A stretch of 64,000 bases of DNA, taken from assembly GCA_025594325.1 (NCBI GenBank), contig JANHCV010000002.1, positions 1 through 64,000 on the forward strand. The letters run 5' to 3'. The translations under genes and the position numbers were made by a program. Shown here piece after piece: positions 19,880 to 29,391 of the stretch. The notes beneath the pieces were generated by a model. That model made no database searches. It was not told where the DNA came from and saw nothing but the letters and a program-made list of their open reading frames with translations. The stretch's first letter is position 1; the number at the start of each line of letters is the position of its first letter. The DNA is from Blastocladiella emersonii ATCC 22665 (Eukaryota > Fungi > Blastocladiomycota).

Positions 19880-22837
19880 TCATGGCGCTGCCGCGTCACC
19901 GCGGAGTGTTGCTGTATCGGAGGTGGTGGCGGCGGCGTCGGCCCGCGACGGATCCGCGTTCTCCTCCTCCTGGACTGGCGGCGGCGGTGACGGTGTCGTG
20001 CCCGCGGGCGCGTTTTCGCTGCTGCTGCCGTTGGACGACGTGGCGGACGCGACCGACTTGCTGGACGACCGGCGCCGACTCGTCGGTCCGAGCCCAATGA
20101 CCGAGTCGTCCGCGAGAGCTTCGGACGGTCGGCGCGAGGCGGGTGCGGAGCCGCCCTCGGACGACGACGGCGTGACGGACGACGATTCGGTGGTGGTGGT
20201 GCCCTCCTCCGTGTCGGTCTCGGTCTCGGCGAGGACGCCGACCCAGTAGTCGCGCGTGACGGCAATGTTCTTGAGGTACGCCTCCATGCGCGGGATGGCC
20301 TTGCCCATGGTGCGGAACAGGGGCGCGCACATGTACTCGGAGAAGGACATGCCGAGGCGGGCCGACTGGGGCGCGAGGCGGTCGCCGAACCCGGACACAG
20401 GGAGCCCCTGCTCGCGTTCCACGTCGCCCTGCTGGAACATCTCCTCCTGGATGCAGTCGGACCAGCCCTTGGCGAGGTGCAGCGGGCGGATCACGTTGGA
20501 CACGTCGGCGCACTTGATGAGCATCTCGAGCGACCGGGCGCGGTGCTCGCGGTCCGTGGCGTCGAACGCCGGGCAGATCTCGTTGAACTTGGCCAGGATG
20601 TCAACGTGCTTGGCGAGGTCCGTCGACAGGATCGACCGCACCATGAGCTGGCGGATCTCGGCCTGGACCGTGCGCGTCTGCTGCGCGAGGAGCGCGTGCT
20701 TGGCGATGAGCCGCGACGCCTCGTGCATGTGGCGGTTCTCGAGCGGCGACTGGTCGTTGTAGAGCACGGCGAGGTCCGACTGCGTCACGATGTGGAAGTT
20801 GTTGGTCTTACCGTCGTGCTCGAGGTCGTGGCACACGCACGCGAGCATGAAGGCGAGCTGCTCCTGCAGCGTGAACATGAGGCGCGGGATCTTGCGCGGC
20901 GGCGACGAGGACGCGGCGGGAGCCGAGGTGCTGGCCTGCTGGGCGGCGACCGCGGCGTTGAGGGCGGCGGCCATCGAGTAGCCGATGGACGTGGGCGTGG
21001 GCGGGACGGCGGCGCCGGAGAAGTCGGCGTCAAACTCGTTGGTGCCCGTGGACGGCGGCGTGTAGCTCTCGTCCGACTCGCAGACGCAGCAGGTGCGGAG
21101 GAACAGGTAGCCGGCCTGGGTCACGTCAAAGGCGTGGCGGAAGTTGTGGTACGGGTTGAGCTTGTAGCCGCGCTCGACCGACTTGAGGAACTCGAGGAAT
21201 GTGTCGGGTTCGATGCGGAACGTGTGCAGCAGGCCGAGGTCGGCGAACATGTCGACGAGGAAGACGAGGAGCTCGGCGTGGGTGTAGGACCACACGTCAA
21301 AATTCCACGAGTTGAGCAGCGGCAGGTGGGTCGGCTCGGGCAGGATGGCGGGCAGGACCACGTTGGCGATCGGGTCGGCGTCCGTGTCCTCCATGGCGGC
21401 GGGCAGCAGCGAGGCGATGGACGAGATGGACCCGGACCGCTCCTTTTTCCGGCGGTGGATCTCGGAGATGCGGCGCAGGCGCGGCACGGAGCCGCCGGGC
21501 CCGAGGGCGGGCGACGAGCCAGCGGACGCCGCGGCGCCGGCGCCCGTGGCCGAAGACTGCGACGACATGTTGTCGCGGAGGACCTCAGAGGCGAGCCACG
21601 ACTTGGTCTCGTCGTCCACGTCGTCGCGCGAGAGAACGCGCTCGAAGGCGGGGCGGTAGAGGTTGGAGGTGCGCAGGCCGTCAAGGACGCCGCGCAGGCT
21701 GGCGCGGGCCTCATCGGACATGCCGGCCTCGGACGAGAGGAGGCGGGACACGGCGCGGGTGATGAGGTTGAGCGGGGTCTCAACGGCGGCCGAGACCTGG
21801 TGCTCGAGCGACTCGACCTTGACCTCGAGGGTCTTGCGCTTGGTGCGCTCCTCCTCGAGCAGCTGCAGCACCTTCTTCTCCTTGCGCTTGCGCCAGACGC
21901 TGCGCCAGACGCCCTTGACGGCCTCAGTCTTGACGGGCTTGACGAGGTAGTCGTCGGCGCCCGAGCGCAGGCACGAGTAGGCGAGCTCCATCTCCTCGAG
22001 TGCGGCCATCATGATGACGGGGATGTGGACGAGTTCGACGTCGCTGCGGATGGAGCGCAGGAGGTCGATGCCCTGGACGGTGGCAATGTCGCAAATGACG
22101 AGCGAGTACTCGGCGGCGGCGGGCGGCACGGGCGCATGGGCGGCCAGCGCCGCGGCATCGTGACCCGGCGGCGGCGGGCCCGCCGAAGGAGGTGTTGGTG
22201 GGGGCGGGAGCGGCGAGGACAGGTGCGGCGAGGCGGTGCTCGAGAGGGGCGAGGGCGTCGCGGCAGCCGCGTCCGGGTCGTAGTCGGGTGCCTCGGCGAG
22301 GTGGTGCAGGCCCGAGACGAGGGAGAGGGGCGGGGGCGAGTGGATGTGGGCGAGGGCGACGTGGGCCGAGGTGACGACGTCGACGGGGTAGCCGGCGTTG
22401 CACAGCTGCTGCACGACGAGGCGGGCGTGGCGCGGGTCGGCGTCGACGACGAGGACGCGGATCTCGGCCGGGGTGACGGAGAGCTTGCGCGAGAAGAAGC
22501 GGTGGAACGACGGGTCGGTCGGCGACAGCTCGCTGAACGACTGGGTGCTCCCGCGGCGCGAGGACCCGGCGCCGGCGCGGGCGACGGGCGAGAGGATCGG
22601 GGCGGGCGGCGGAGCACGGGCACCGGCGCCAGCGGCATAGAGGGCCGGGAGGGGCGAGGTGCCGCTACGGCCAGCAGCGGGCGAGGCGCGAGAGCCGGGC
22701 GCACGGGTACCGTCATCGTCCTCGTCCTCATCGGCGGCGCCGTGGGTGGTGGAGATGGAGAGCGACGAGGGCGGCGTCGGGACGAGTCCGTGCGACAGCG
22801 AGCTGCGGCGGATGGCGGCGCGGGCAATCGGCTGCAT
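19880..22837 (-). CDS. Receiver-domain class I cyclic-nucleotide phosphodiesterase (RegA-like)
   Basis: REC motifs IRVLVVD...LVICD...IPVIMM...GADDYLVKP. PDEase motifs YHNFRHAFDV, HDLEHDG, LYNDQSPLEN, TDL, CADVSN. First in-frame ATG is at 22837; the frame is open further upstream, so the start is uncertain. Confidence 0.9.
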   Translation of the reverse strand: MQPIARAAIRRSSLSHGLVPTPPSSLSISTTHGAADEDEDDDGTRAPGSRASPAAGRSGTSPLPALYAAGAGARAPPPAPILSPVARAGAGSSRRGSTQSFSELSPTDPSFHRFFSRKLSVTPAEIRVLVVDADPRHARLVVQQLCNAGYPVDVVTSAHVALAHIHSPPPLSLVSGLHHLAEAPDYDPDAAAATPSPLSSTASPHLSSPLPPPPTPPSAGPPPPGHDAAALAAHAPVPPAAAEYSLVICDIATVQGIDLLRSIRSDVELVHIPVIMMAALEEMELAYSCLRSGADDYLVKPVKTEAVKGVWRSVWRKRKEKKVLQLLEEERTKRKTLEVKVESLEHQVSAAVETPLNLITRAVSRLLSSEAGMSDEARASLRGVLDGLRTSNLYRPAFERVLSRDDVDDETKSWLASEVLRDNMSSQSSATGAGAAASAGSSPALGPGGSVPRLRRISEIHRRKKERSGSISSIASLLPAAMEDTDADPIANVVLPAILPEPTHLPLLNSWNFDVWSYTHAELLVFLVDMFADLGLLHTFRIEPDTFLEFLKSVERGYKLNPYHNFRHAFDVTQAGYLFLRTCCVCESDESYTPPSTGTNEFDADFSGAAVPPTPTSIGYSMAAALNAAVAAQQASTSAPAASSSPPRKIPRLMFTLQEQLAFMLACVCHDLEHDGKTNNFHIVTQSDLAVLYNDQSPLENRHMHEASRLIAKHALLAQQTRTVQAEIRQLMVRSILSTDLAKHVDILAKFNEICPAFDATDREHRARSLEMLIKCADVSNVIRPLHLAKGWSDCIQEEMFQQGDVEREQGLPVSGFGDRLAPQSARLGMSFSEYMCAPLFRTMGKAIPRMEAYLKNIAVTRDYWVGVLAETETDTEEGTTTTESSSVTPSSSEGGSAPASRRPSEALADDSVIGLGPTSRRRSSSKSVASATSSNGSSSENAPAGTTPSPPPPVQEEENADPSRADAAATTSDTATLRGDAAAP

Positions 22838-23914
22838 GGTGACGGCGGGCGGGGTCGGTGCGGGGGCGGGCGCGTCGTGCGGGGGCAGGCAGGCGACGGT
22901 GGAGCGCGGGAAGCAGCGGCGGATGACGCTGGCGACGAAGCGGGCGGCTGCGGGCGGCGGCGACGGTTGGTGGTGGAGGTGGGTCCGCGAGAGCGAGTGC
23001 TGCGACGAGGCGAGCGAGTCGACGGAGCGCACGGGCGACGGAAGCGCGGGACGGTCGTCGGCCGTGTCAATGGCCGAGTCGGCGGAGCGCAGCGAGAGGG
23101 CCGGCGACAGCGGCGGCGGGCGGTGGTGCGGCGGCGGCGGGGGCGACGAGGGGGCCGACGACGGCAGCGGCGACGGCGCCGCGCGCGCACGATCGCAGGC
23201 AGTGGAGGGCCTCGGAGGCGGGATGGCGACGGGTCACTGCACGCTCGGGCAGGCGCGCAGGACGGCGGGGACCGGGCGGCGAGGGAGTGTGTATGAGGTC
23301 TAGCGCGGCGGGCGCGGGCGCGGGCGCTACACGGCGACGGCGCGGTGAGCCCGGGCGCGGCGGGGCACGCAGGCACGGGTGCGGGCGTACTCTGCGTCGC
23401 CAATTCGGGGTCGCGGACGGCCAGGCGTCGGCGGGCGGGTCGAGGATGGCGTGGGCGCAGCGGAGCCACCCGGCGCGGCGCAGCAGCTGTATTTCCGTGT
23501 ATGGGGGCGGGCGGCGCTCTAGAGTGCGCGCAGTCGGTGCTGCTCCGTCGTCGTCGTCGTCGCGGTGCGTGCGTGCGTTGCTGCTGGTGCGATGGCGAGG
23601 GCGGTCCGAGGAGGAGAGAGGAGCGAGACGCCAAATTGGCCCGCGGCGCAGCGGCCGCCCTGCACGCACGGGCGCCCGGCTCGCTGCCCGGCTCGTGCCC
23701 GCTGCGCCCGCGCCCAAGTCCCTGGCCCCCGTCCTGAAGCCAAGCCCTGGAGGCCCCTCCCACCCGCTCACCTGACCCCGCGTGAACGCGCGACGCACTC
23801 TGCCGCCACGTCACGCCATGGCGCTGCGCGCTTCCTTCTCACCCTCGCGGAACGCGGTGTGATGTGATGACGGTGAATGCAGTTCTATTCATCGAGTCAA
23901 GCCACGGGAGCGGC

Positions 23915-25090
23915 TCAGATGCACTTGCCGTTGACAATGTCGGCGCCGAACACGTCCTTGGGGTCGAAGAAGGTGGCCACCTTGCCCGCCGGCACGCCCT
24001 CGAACGCCTTGGCGAACCGCGCGGGCGCGTTCTGCGTCGCCTCCTTGCCCGCGTCGGTCCCCGACACCTTGCGGATGTAGATGCACTTGATGTCGACGCC
24101 GCGCGCCGCAAACTCGCGGTACAGCATCCCGTACGTCTCCGGGTCCTGCTCGCCCGAGTCGCCGATCAGCACGTAGCTGCGCTGGTCGAACCGCGTCATC
24201 ACCTCGCGCAGCTGCGTCAGCTTGTGCTGCTGCGTCCCCTTCCAGAAGTCGAGGTCGAGCACACCGAACACGCGCAGGAACATGGACCCCATCGGGTACC
24301 CGGCGCGCGCGATAAAGTCGCGCAGCGGGCGGTACAGCATGTGCGGCGCCCCCGACACGTAGTGCCACGCCGCCGGCCCCGCCGTGCCCGTCGACAGCGC
24401 CTTGTTGAGCCGCGCGTAGAAGTCGACAAAGTTGGTCGTGGCCCGGAACGGGTTGATGAGCGTGTTCTCGACCGCCTTGCCCTTGTTGAGCACCTCGGTC
24501 ACGCGGATCGTGTCGTCAATGTCCGACACCACCGTGAAGGCCCCGCGCTCGTTGCCCACCACCTGCACCCGCGCGTCGTCGAACCCGGCGCCCGTGTTGA
24601 CGCTGAGCGGCACCGACTGCGCACCGCACGGCACGTTCTTGATGCTGAACGGAGTCGTCGTGATGCCGTGGTTGGCCGCCTGCACCCCGCCCACCTTCTG
24701 CGCCGCCACCGCCGACCCGTTGCCGCCGACCGTGAAGGTCACCGAGGCGTCCTCGTTGCCGTTAGCGTAAAAGAAGGGGGCAACGTAATTGAAGAAGGCT
24801 TTCTGCTCCTCGGTCTTGATGGCCGCCGTCACGCCCTTCATCAGGAGCCGCGCCGCACCCGCCGTGAACCCGTCGTAGTGCGAGATGCGCGCCACCACCG
24901 TCCCGTCGATGAGGCACTTGGTCGGGTCGTTGCTCGACGGCGTCGCCTTGGCCAGCGCACGGTGGAAGGTGACCGTGTCGATCTTGTCGGACCCGAACAG
25001 CCCGCGCTTCTCGACCAGATCGCCCGGCACGGGCGACGCCGAGGCGAGCTGGGTCAGCGACACGAGCGCGAGGATCACGAGGAGCTGCAT
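23915..25090 (-). CDS. Secreted App1-family (HAD-like) phosphatidate phosphatase-like protein
   Basis: Signal peptide MQLLVILALVSLTQLASA followed by a KR site. Motifs VVSDIDDTI, HYVSGAP, LIGDSGEQDPETY, IYIRKV. Confidence 0.8.
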   Translation of the reverse strand: MQLLVILALVSLTQLASASPVPGDLVEKRGLFGSDKIDTVTFHRALAKATPSSNDPTKCLIDGTVVARISHYDGFTAGAARLLMKGVTAAIKTEEQKAFFNYVAPFFYANGNEDASVTFTVGGNGSAVAAQKVGGVQAANHGITTTPFSIKNVPCGAQSVPLSVNTGAGFDDARVQVVGNERGAFTVVSDIDDTIRVTEVLNKGKAVENTLINPFRATTNFVDFYARLNKALSTGTAGPAAWHYVSGAPHMLYRPLRDFIARAGYPMGSMFLRVFGVLDLDFWKGTQQHKLTQLREVMTRFDQRSYVLIGDSGEQDPETYGMLYREFAARGVDIKCIYIRKVSGTDAGKEATQNAPARFAKAFEGVPAGKVATFFDPKDVFGADIVNGKCI

Positions 25091-25200
25091 GGTGTGGTGT
25101 GGTGTGGTCTAGTGTCTGGTCTATCGTCGTCTAAGGGCGGCGATCCCTGCGTCTGCTCTGCGGGGGAGCGAGGGCGATGCGGGGCGGGCGGCGGCCTGAA

Positions 25201-25206
25201 TTTATA
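25201..25206 (-). promoter_or_regulatory. TATA-like box
   Basis: TATAAA on - strand about 110 nt upstream of the ATG at 25090 in otherwise GC-rich DNA. Confidence 0.4.
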
Positions 25207-25694
25207 CGTTGGCTGAATCTGACACAAGCACGGCGGCGGCAGCGGTGGCGCCCGACGCCCCGGGGTTTGCTCGGCCCGGCGCAGCGCACGCGCGCACCGA
25301 CGCCGACCTTGCACGCGAGCGCGCGCGCCTGCTCCCACGGCCATGGCGCTGGCGACCGTCGTCGGCGATGGTCATGGCCGCCGGCGAGCGCGAGTGGACC
25401 GCCTCATCATTACGTGAGCGCATCTCCCGCACGTGCGGCGGGCAGGACCGCTCCCACGGCGGCCGGGGTGCACGCGACTTTTGAGCCTGGTTGCATCGGG
25501 GTCCCCACGGAAGGCTTCGCGAAGCCCGCGAACCATGGCCACAAGGCTCGAGTCAAGCCGCCGCGATTTGGAGCTACGCGTCGCGGCGCCCGCACGTGTG
25601 CGTGTCCGCGCTGCCGCGGCCCACCACGTTCGCGGCTCAGCTCGGGCTGCCTCGCCCTCAGCGTGAAAGAGGAACGGGAAGGCTCGCATTTCAT

Positions 25695-27755
25695 TCACAT
25701 CCCACCCAACCCACGGCCGCTGCCGCCTGTGCCGCCGCTGCCACCCGCACCGCCGCCGCCCGCCGCGCCGCCGTAGTGTCCGCGGTACCGCTCGAGCTCG
25801 GCGCGCAGCCGCCGGTTCTCCTCGGCGAGCTCGCGCACCCCGGCCGCCTGCTCGACGAGCGCTGCCATGTCGGTTCGCTGGTCGTCAAACTGCCGCAGCA
25901 CCTCGAGGTGCAGGTTCTGGATCGCGTTGTGCAGCTGGTCGCGGAACCCCGCCAGCGCGTCCTCGACCGCGCCCGCGATCACCTGCAGCGTGAACGCTGC
26001 CGGCGCCGCCATGGGCGGTGGCCCACCGGCCCTGGGCGACATGGCGCGAGATGCCGACGCGCCGAGGAACTGCGCACCCGGCGACTGCACGCGCCGCGGC
26101 GTGCCGCTGCTGCTGCCGCTGCCCAGGTGGAGCGCCGCCGTCGCCGTGTCCAGGTCCATGGCGTCGACCTCGCGCAGGTCGCGCCCGAACCGCACCCCGT
26201 CGCCCGCACCCGGCACGCGCCGCCCTGGCGGCGTGATGCTGCCCGTATGCGACGTCCGCCGCATCGCCGGGGACCCGTGTCGCGACGGTGGCCTCTGCTC
26301 GGTCACCCGCGCGTTGAACGCGTCCGCAAACGACTCGGGTCGCGCAATCAGCCCGGTTGTACCGAGCGGGAGCCCCGTGTCGCGGTCGGCCTCGGGGAGC
26401 CCGAGTTCCGCCAGTCCCATGGGCGAGAATGGTCGAGGAAGCTGCTGTTGCTGCTGTTGCTGCTGGTGTTGCTGCTGTTGCTGGGCGTAAGACGCGGACA
26501 TTTGCCGCGCGCGTGCGGGTGGCGACATGGGAACAGCCGCCGCCGGCGGCGGACCAGCTGAGGACTCGCGCACGGGCGAGAACGCCTCGAGGTGCACGTT
26601 TCGCCCCGCCCGAGGCTGCATCGGTGCCCGTCCCGTCACAATCGATGGCGGGTACGCCGCGCCCGCGCGCGCCGCCTCGGCCGCCGCCGCAACGACCGAC
26701 TCGGGCGGGCGCGTCACCACGTCACCACCCGTCTCGGGCGGCCGGTAGAACTGGACGCTGGTGACGGGCTCCGTTGGCGAGTGGCCAGTGAGGAACGTGA
26801 CGGGCGTCGCCGCCCGGCGCAAGTCGATGATGGCGATCTCGCCGCGCGTCGTCCCGAGCGCAATCGAGTGCCCGTCGTGCTTGAACGCCAGTGCCGAGAA
26901 CGCGTGCGGGTACTTGTGCGTGCGGATGATCCCCGGCCGCTTGAGGTCGTACATGACCATCTTGCCGTCAAGCCCGCACGACACGAGCGCGATGCGGTTG
27001 ATGGGCGACGGCTGCAGCCCCGTCACCGCGTCCGAGTGTGCCGCGAACGTTGCGATCGGGTCCGTGCTCGCGTGCACGTTCCAGAACGCGACGCGCCCGT
27101 CGGCACTCCCGGCGACCAGGATCCCGAGGTCCACGTACGCGAAGCTGAGCGTCGTGATCTGTCGGTCGAACGGGGTGTTGAGCGCCGAAGACTCGCCGTG
27201 GGTACGATCCAGCACGTAGATTTCGCCCGACTCGGTCCCCACCGCCAGGAACGCATGCTGGTCGTCGTGGCTCACCGCCAGCGCCGACAGCCGCGTGTCC
27301 GCCGGCTCGTACGACTCGAGGTCCTTGCGCGTCTCGCGGTCGTACACGTTCACATGGCCGTGCGTGCCCGCGTAGATCAGCCGCCGGTCGTGCGGAGGAA
27401 GGAGCACGGCGCCAATGAGCTCATCCTTGGGCTAGTAGTACGCCAGGAAGGTCAGTTGCGCGTTCTTCTTCGCTCGCCATCATGAGATGGAGGGACGGAC
27501 CAAGAGCTCGGGGGGCGACACGCTATCGACCACGTTCCCGTTGCGGTCGTGGATCGTGACGCAGTCCTTGCTCGTGGCGGCGAGCAGCGGGTGCTCGCTC
27601 TTGCTCCACGTCGCCGAGGTGGGCGGCGCAGTGTGCTCGTTGTCGAAGGTTGCGAACCGCGTGTACCCGGCGAGCGCGTCGTGTGCGTTGCCACCCGAGC
27701 CGCCGTTGCGCCAAACGAGGACCTGGCCGCCGCCGACGCTCGCGAGGAGATCCAT
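25695..27755 (-). CDS. NEDD1: WD40 protein, NEDD1/GCP-WD-like gamma-tubulin complex adaptor
   Basis: Exons 27755-27501 and 27431-25695 (intron 27500-27432, GT..AG). N-terminal WD repeats, a polyQ linker, and a C-terminal coil EDALAGFRDQLHNAIQNLHLEVLRQF...EENRRLR resembling the NEDD1 tail. Confidence 0.72.
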
Positions 27756-28003
27756 TGCAGCGAGTGCGTCGGTGCAGTAGTGTTACATGGGCTCGGCGAG
27801 CCGTCGGGAACGGAGGGAGCGAGGGCGCATCGGCCTCGGTGAGATGGCGTCGCCTCCGCGCCGTTCACGGACCGAGGAGGCGCAGCTGCGCAGGTCGCTG
27901 CTCACGGAAACAGGCGAGAACGACAGTGGAAGCAGCTACGTTGAAAGGAATACACAAATAGGGCGCGTGGGACACACAAAACCCCCGCCGCACGCGGAGC
28001 AGT

Positions 28004-28942
28004 CTAGTCGAGGGACTCGTGGATCTTGGCAATGAGGTACTGGGCGACCGTGAACGAGAAGATGAGCTTGGGGCCGACCACGAGCACCTTGGGGCCGAGG
28101 CCCTTGAAGAAGGCCGAGGCGCCCTCGTTGCGGACCATGTTCTTGATGATGGTGTAGCCCGACTCGGGCGAGTCGAAGGGGCGGTTCTGGATGCGCGTCT
28201 TGACCACGTCGAGCGGCGCGGCCACCACGATCGAGGCGATCGAGCCGACCATGGACGAGATGGAGAGCTGCAGGAAGGTCGGCTTCTCGTCGTCCTTGAG
28301 GTCGCAGATGTACGTCTTGGCGAGCTGGTTGCCGCCAAACAGGGCAAACGAGCCGGGCGCGTTGCGCGCCGCCGTCCAGCCGGCACCGCGGTACAGCTCG
28401 CGGCCGTTCTTGACGAACAGGTCGACGAGGCCGCGGCCCTTGAGCGACTCGGGGTTGGTCTGCGACTTGATCTTGAGCACGTCGAGCGGCAGCAGCACGA
28501 TTTCGCCAATGCCGACGATCGAGCCGGCGGTGGCCTCCATCCACGTGCGGGCCGACTTGTCGCCGAAGATGCGGCGGAACGCGTCGCCGTGGTTGCTCTT
28601 GATGTAGTCCTTGACCACGGGCTGGCCGCCGAACTTGTACACGCGCTGCATCACCTTGTAGCCGGCTGCGAAGCCGAGGCCGGGGAACAGCGACAGGTAC
28701 CGCTGCATCATGGGCGCGCCGTACGCGTCCTTGAACACGACCTTGGCGGCGTTGTCCATGGCCGCCGACATGGGCACGCCGGGCGCCATGATGCGCACCG
28801 ACTGGTTCGACATGAGGCGCTTGGCGATCGTGTCGACCGGGTGGAAGCAGATGAGCTCGAGCGCGCCCGACGTGGCCGCGCCGATGAAGCGCGCCGTGCC
28901 CGACACCTTCTTGCCGTCCGAGGAGCCGACGTGGGGAGCCAT
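28004..28942 (-). CDS. GGC1: Mitochondrial GTP/GDP carrier
   Basis: Motifs FHPVDTIAKRLMSN, LFPGLGFAAGYKVMQRVYKFGGQP, GIGEIVLLPLDVLKIKSQTNPES, GWTAARNAPGSFALFGGN closely match my recollection of yeast Ggc1. Confidence 0.92.
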   Translation of the reverse strand: MAPHVGSSDGKKVSGTARFIGAATSGALELICFHPVDTIAKRLMSNQSVRIMAPGVPMSAAMDNAAKVVFKDAYGAPMMQRYLSLFPGLGFAAGYKVMQRVYKFGGQPVVKDYIKSNHGDAFRRIFGDKSARTWMEATAGSIVGIGEIVLLPLDVLKIKSQTNPESLKGRGLVDLFVKNGRELYRGAGWTAARNAPGSFALFGGNQLAKTYICDLKDDEKPTFLQLSISSMVGSIASIVVAAPLDVVKTRIQNRPFDSPESGYTIIKNMVRNEGASAFFKGLGPKVLVVGPKLIFSFTVAQYLIAKIHESLD

Positions 28943-29391
28943 TGCTTCGATTCGAGGAGTGTGTGCGGTGTCGTTACGGATGGGTGGCTGCATACACGGC
29001 AGGACGGTGCGTGAGTACGCTGCATCGTCGATACATGGTGCATGCGGGCGGGCAGCGGAGTGCGCCGTACAAGGAGGACAGCCGAGCACGCCGGAGCAGG
29101 TGTCGATGCGTTCGATGCGTTCGATGCGTTGCAGCGGGAGGTGCAAGTGTTGCGGGGGAGAGAGAGCGGATCGCTCGCTCGGTCTCTGTCGGGCAGGCCC
29201 GGCCAGCTGCTCGGCCAGCCGAGTTGTTTTGATCGGCAGAAACTTTCTGAAAACCGCGAAACCCGGGCAGACTCGGGTGACGTCGGCCTCACCTGACGTG
29301 CAATCTCATCTTATCTTGATAAAGGCTGGCGTGGCCGCCTCCACCCTCCCGCCCTTCCAACCGCACACCCCCCATGAATAGCACATGTAAC

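Noticed and set aside
20477-23296. 939-aa plus-strand ORF, and similar long ORFs at 22009-23814, 23864-25216, 46823-48541, 56173-57798 and 59285-60574
   Set aside because: Antisense or alternate-frame shadows of real genes, caused by strong C/G third-position bias.
29103-29129. (TCGATGCGT)3 short tandem repeat upstream of GGC1
   Set aside because: Only three copies and no spacers; ordinary slippage.
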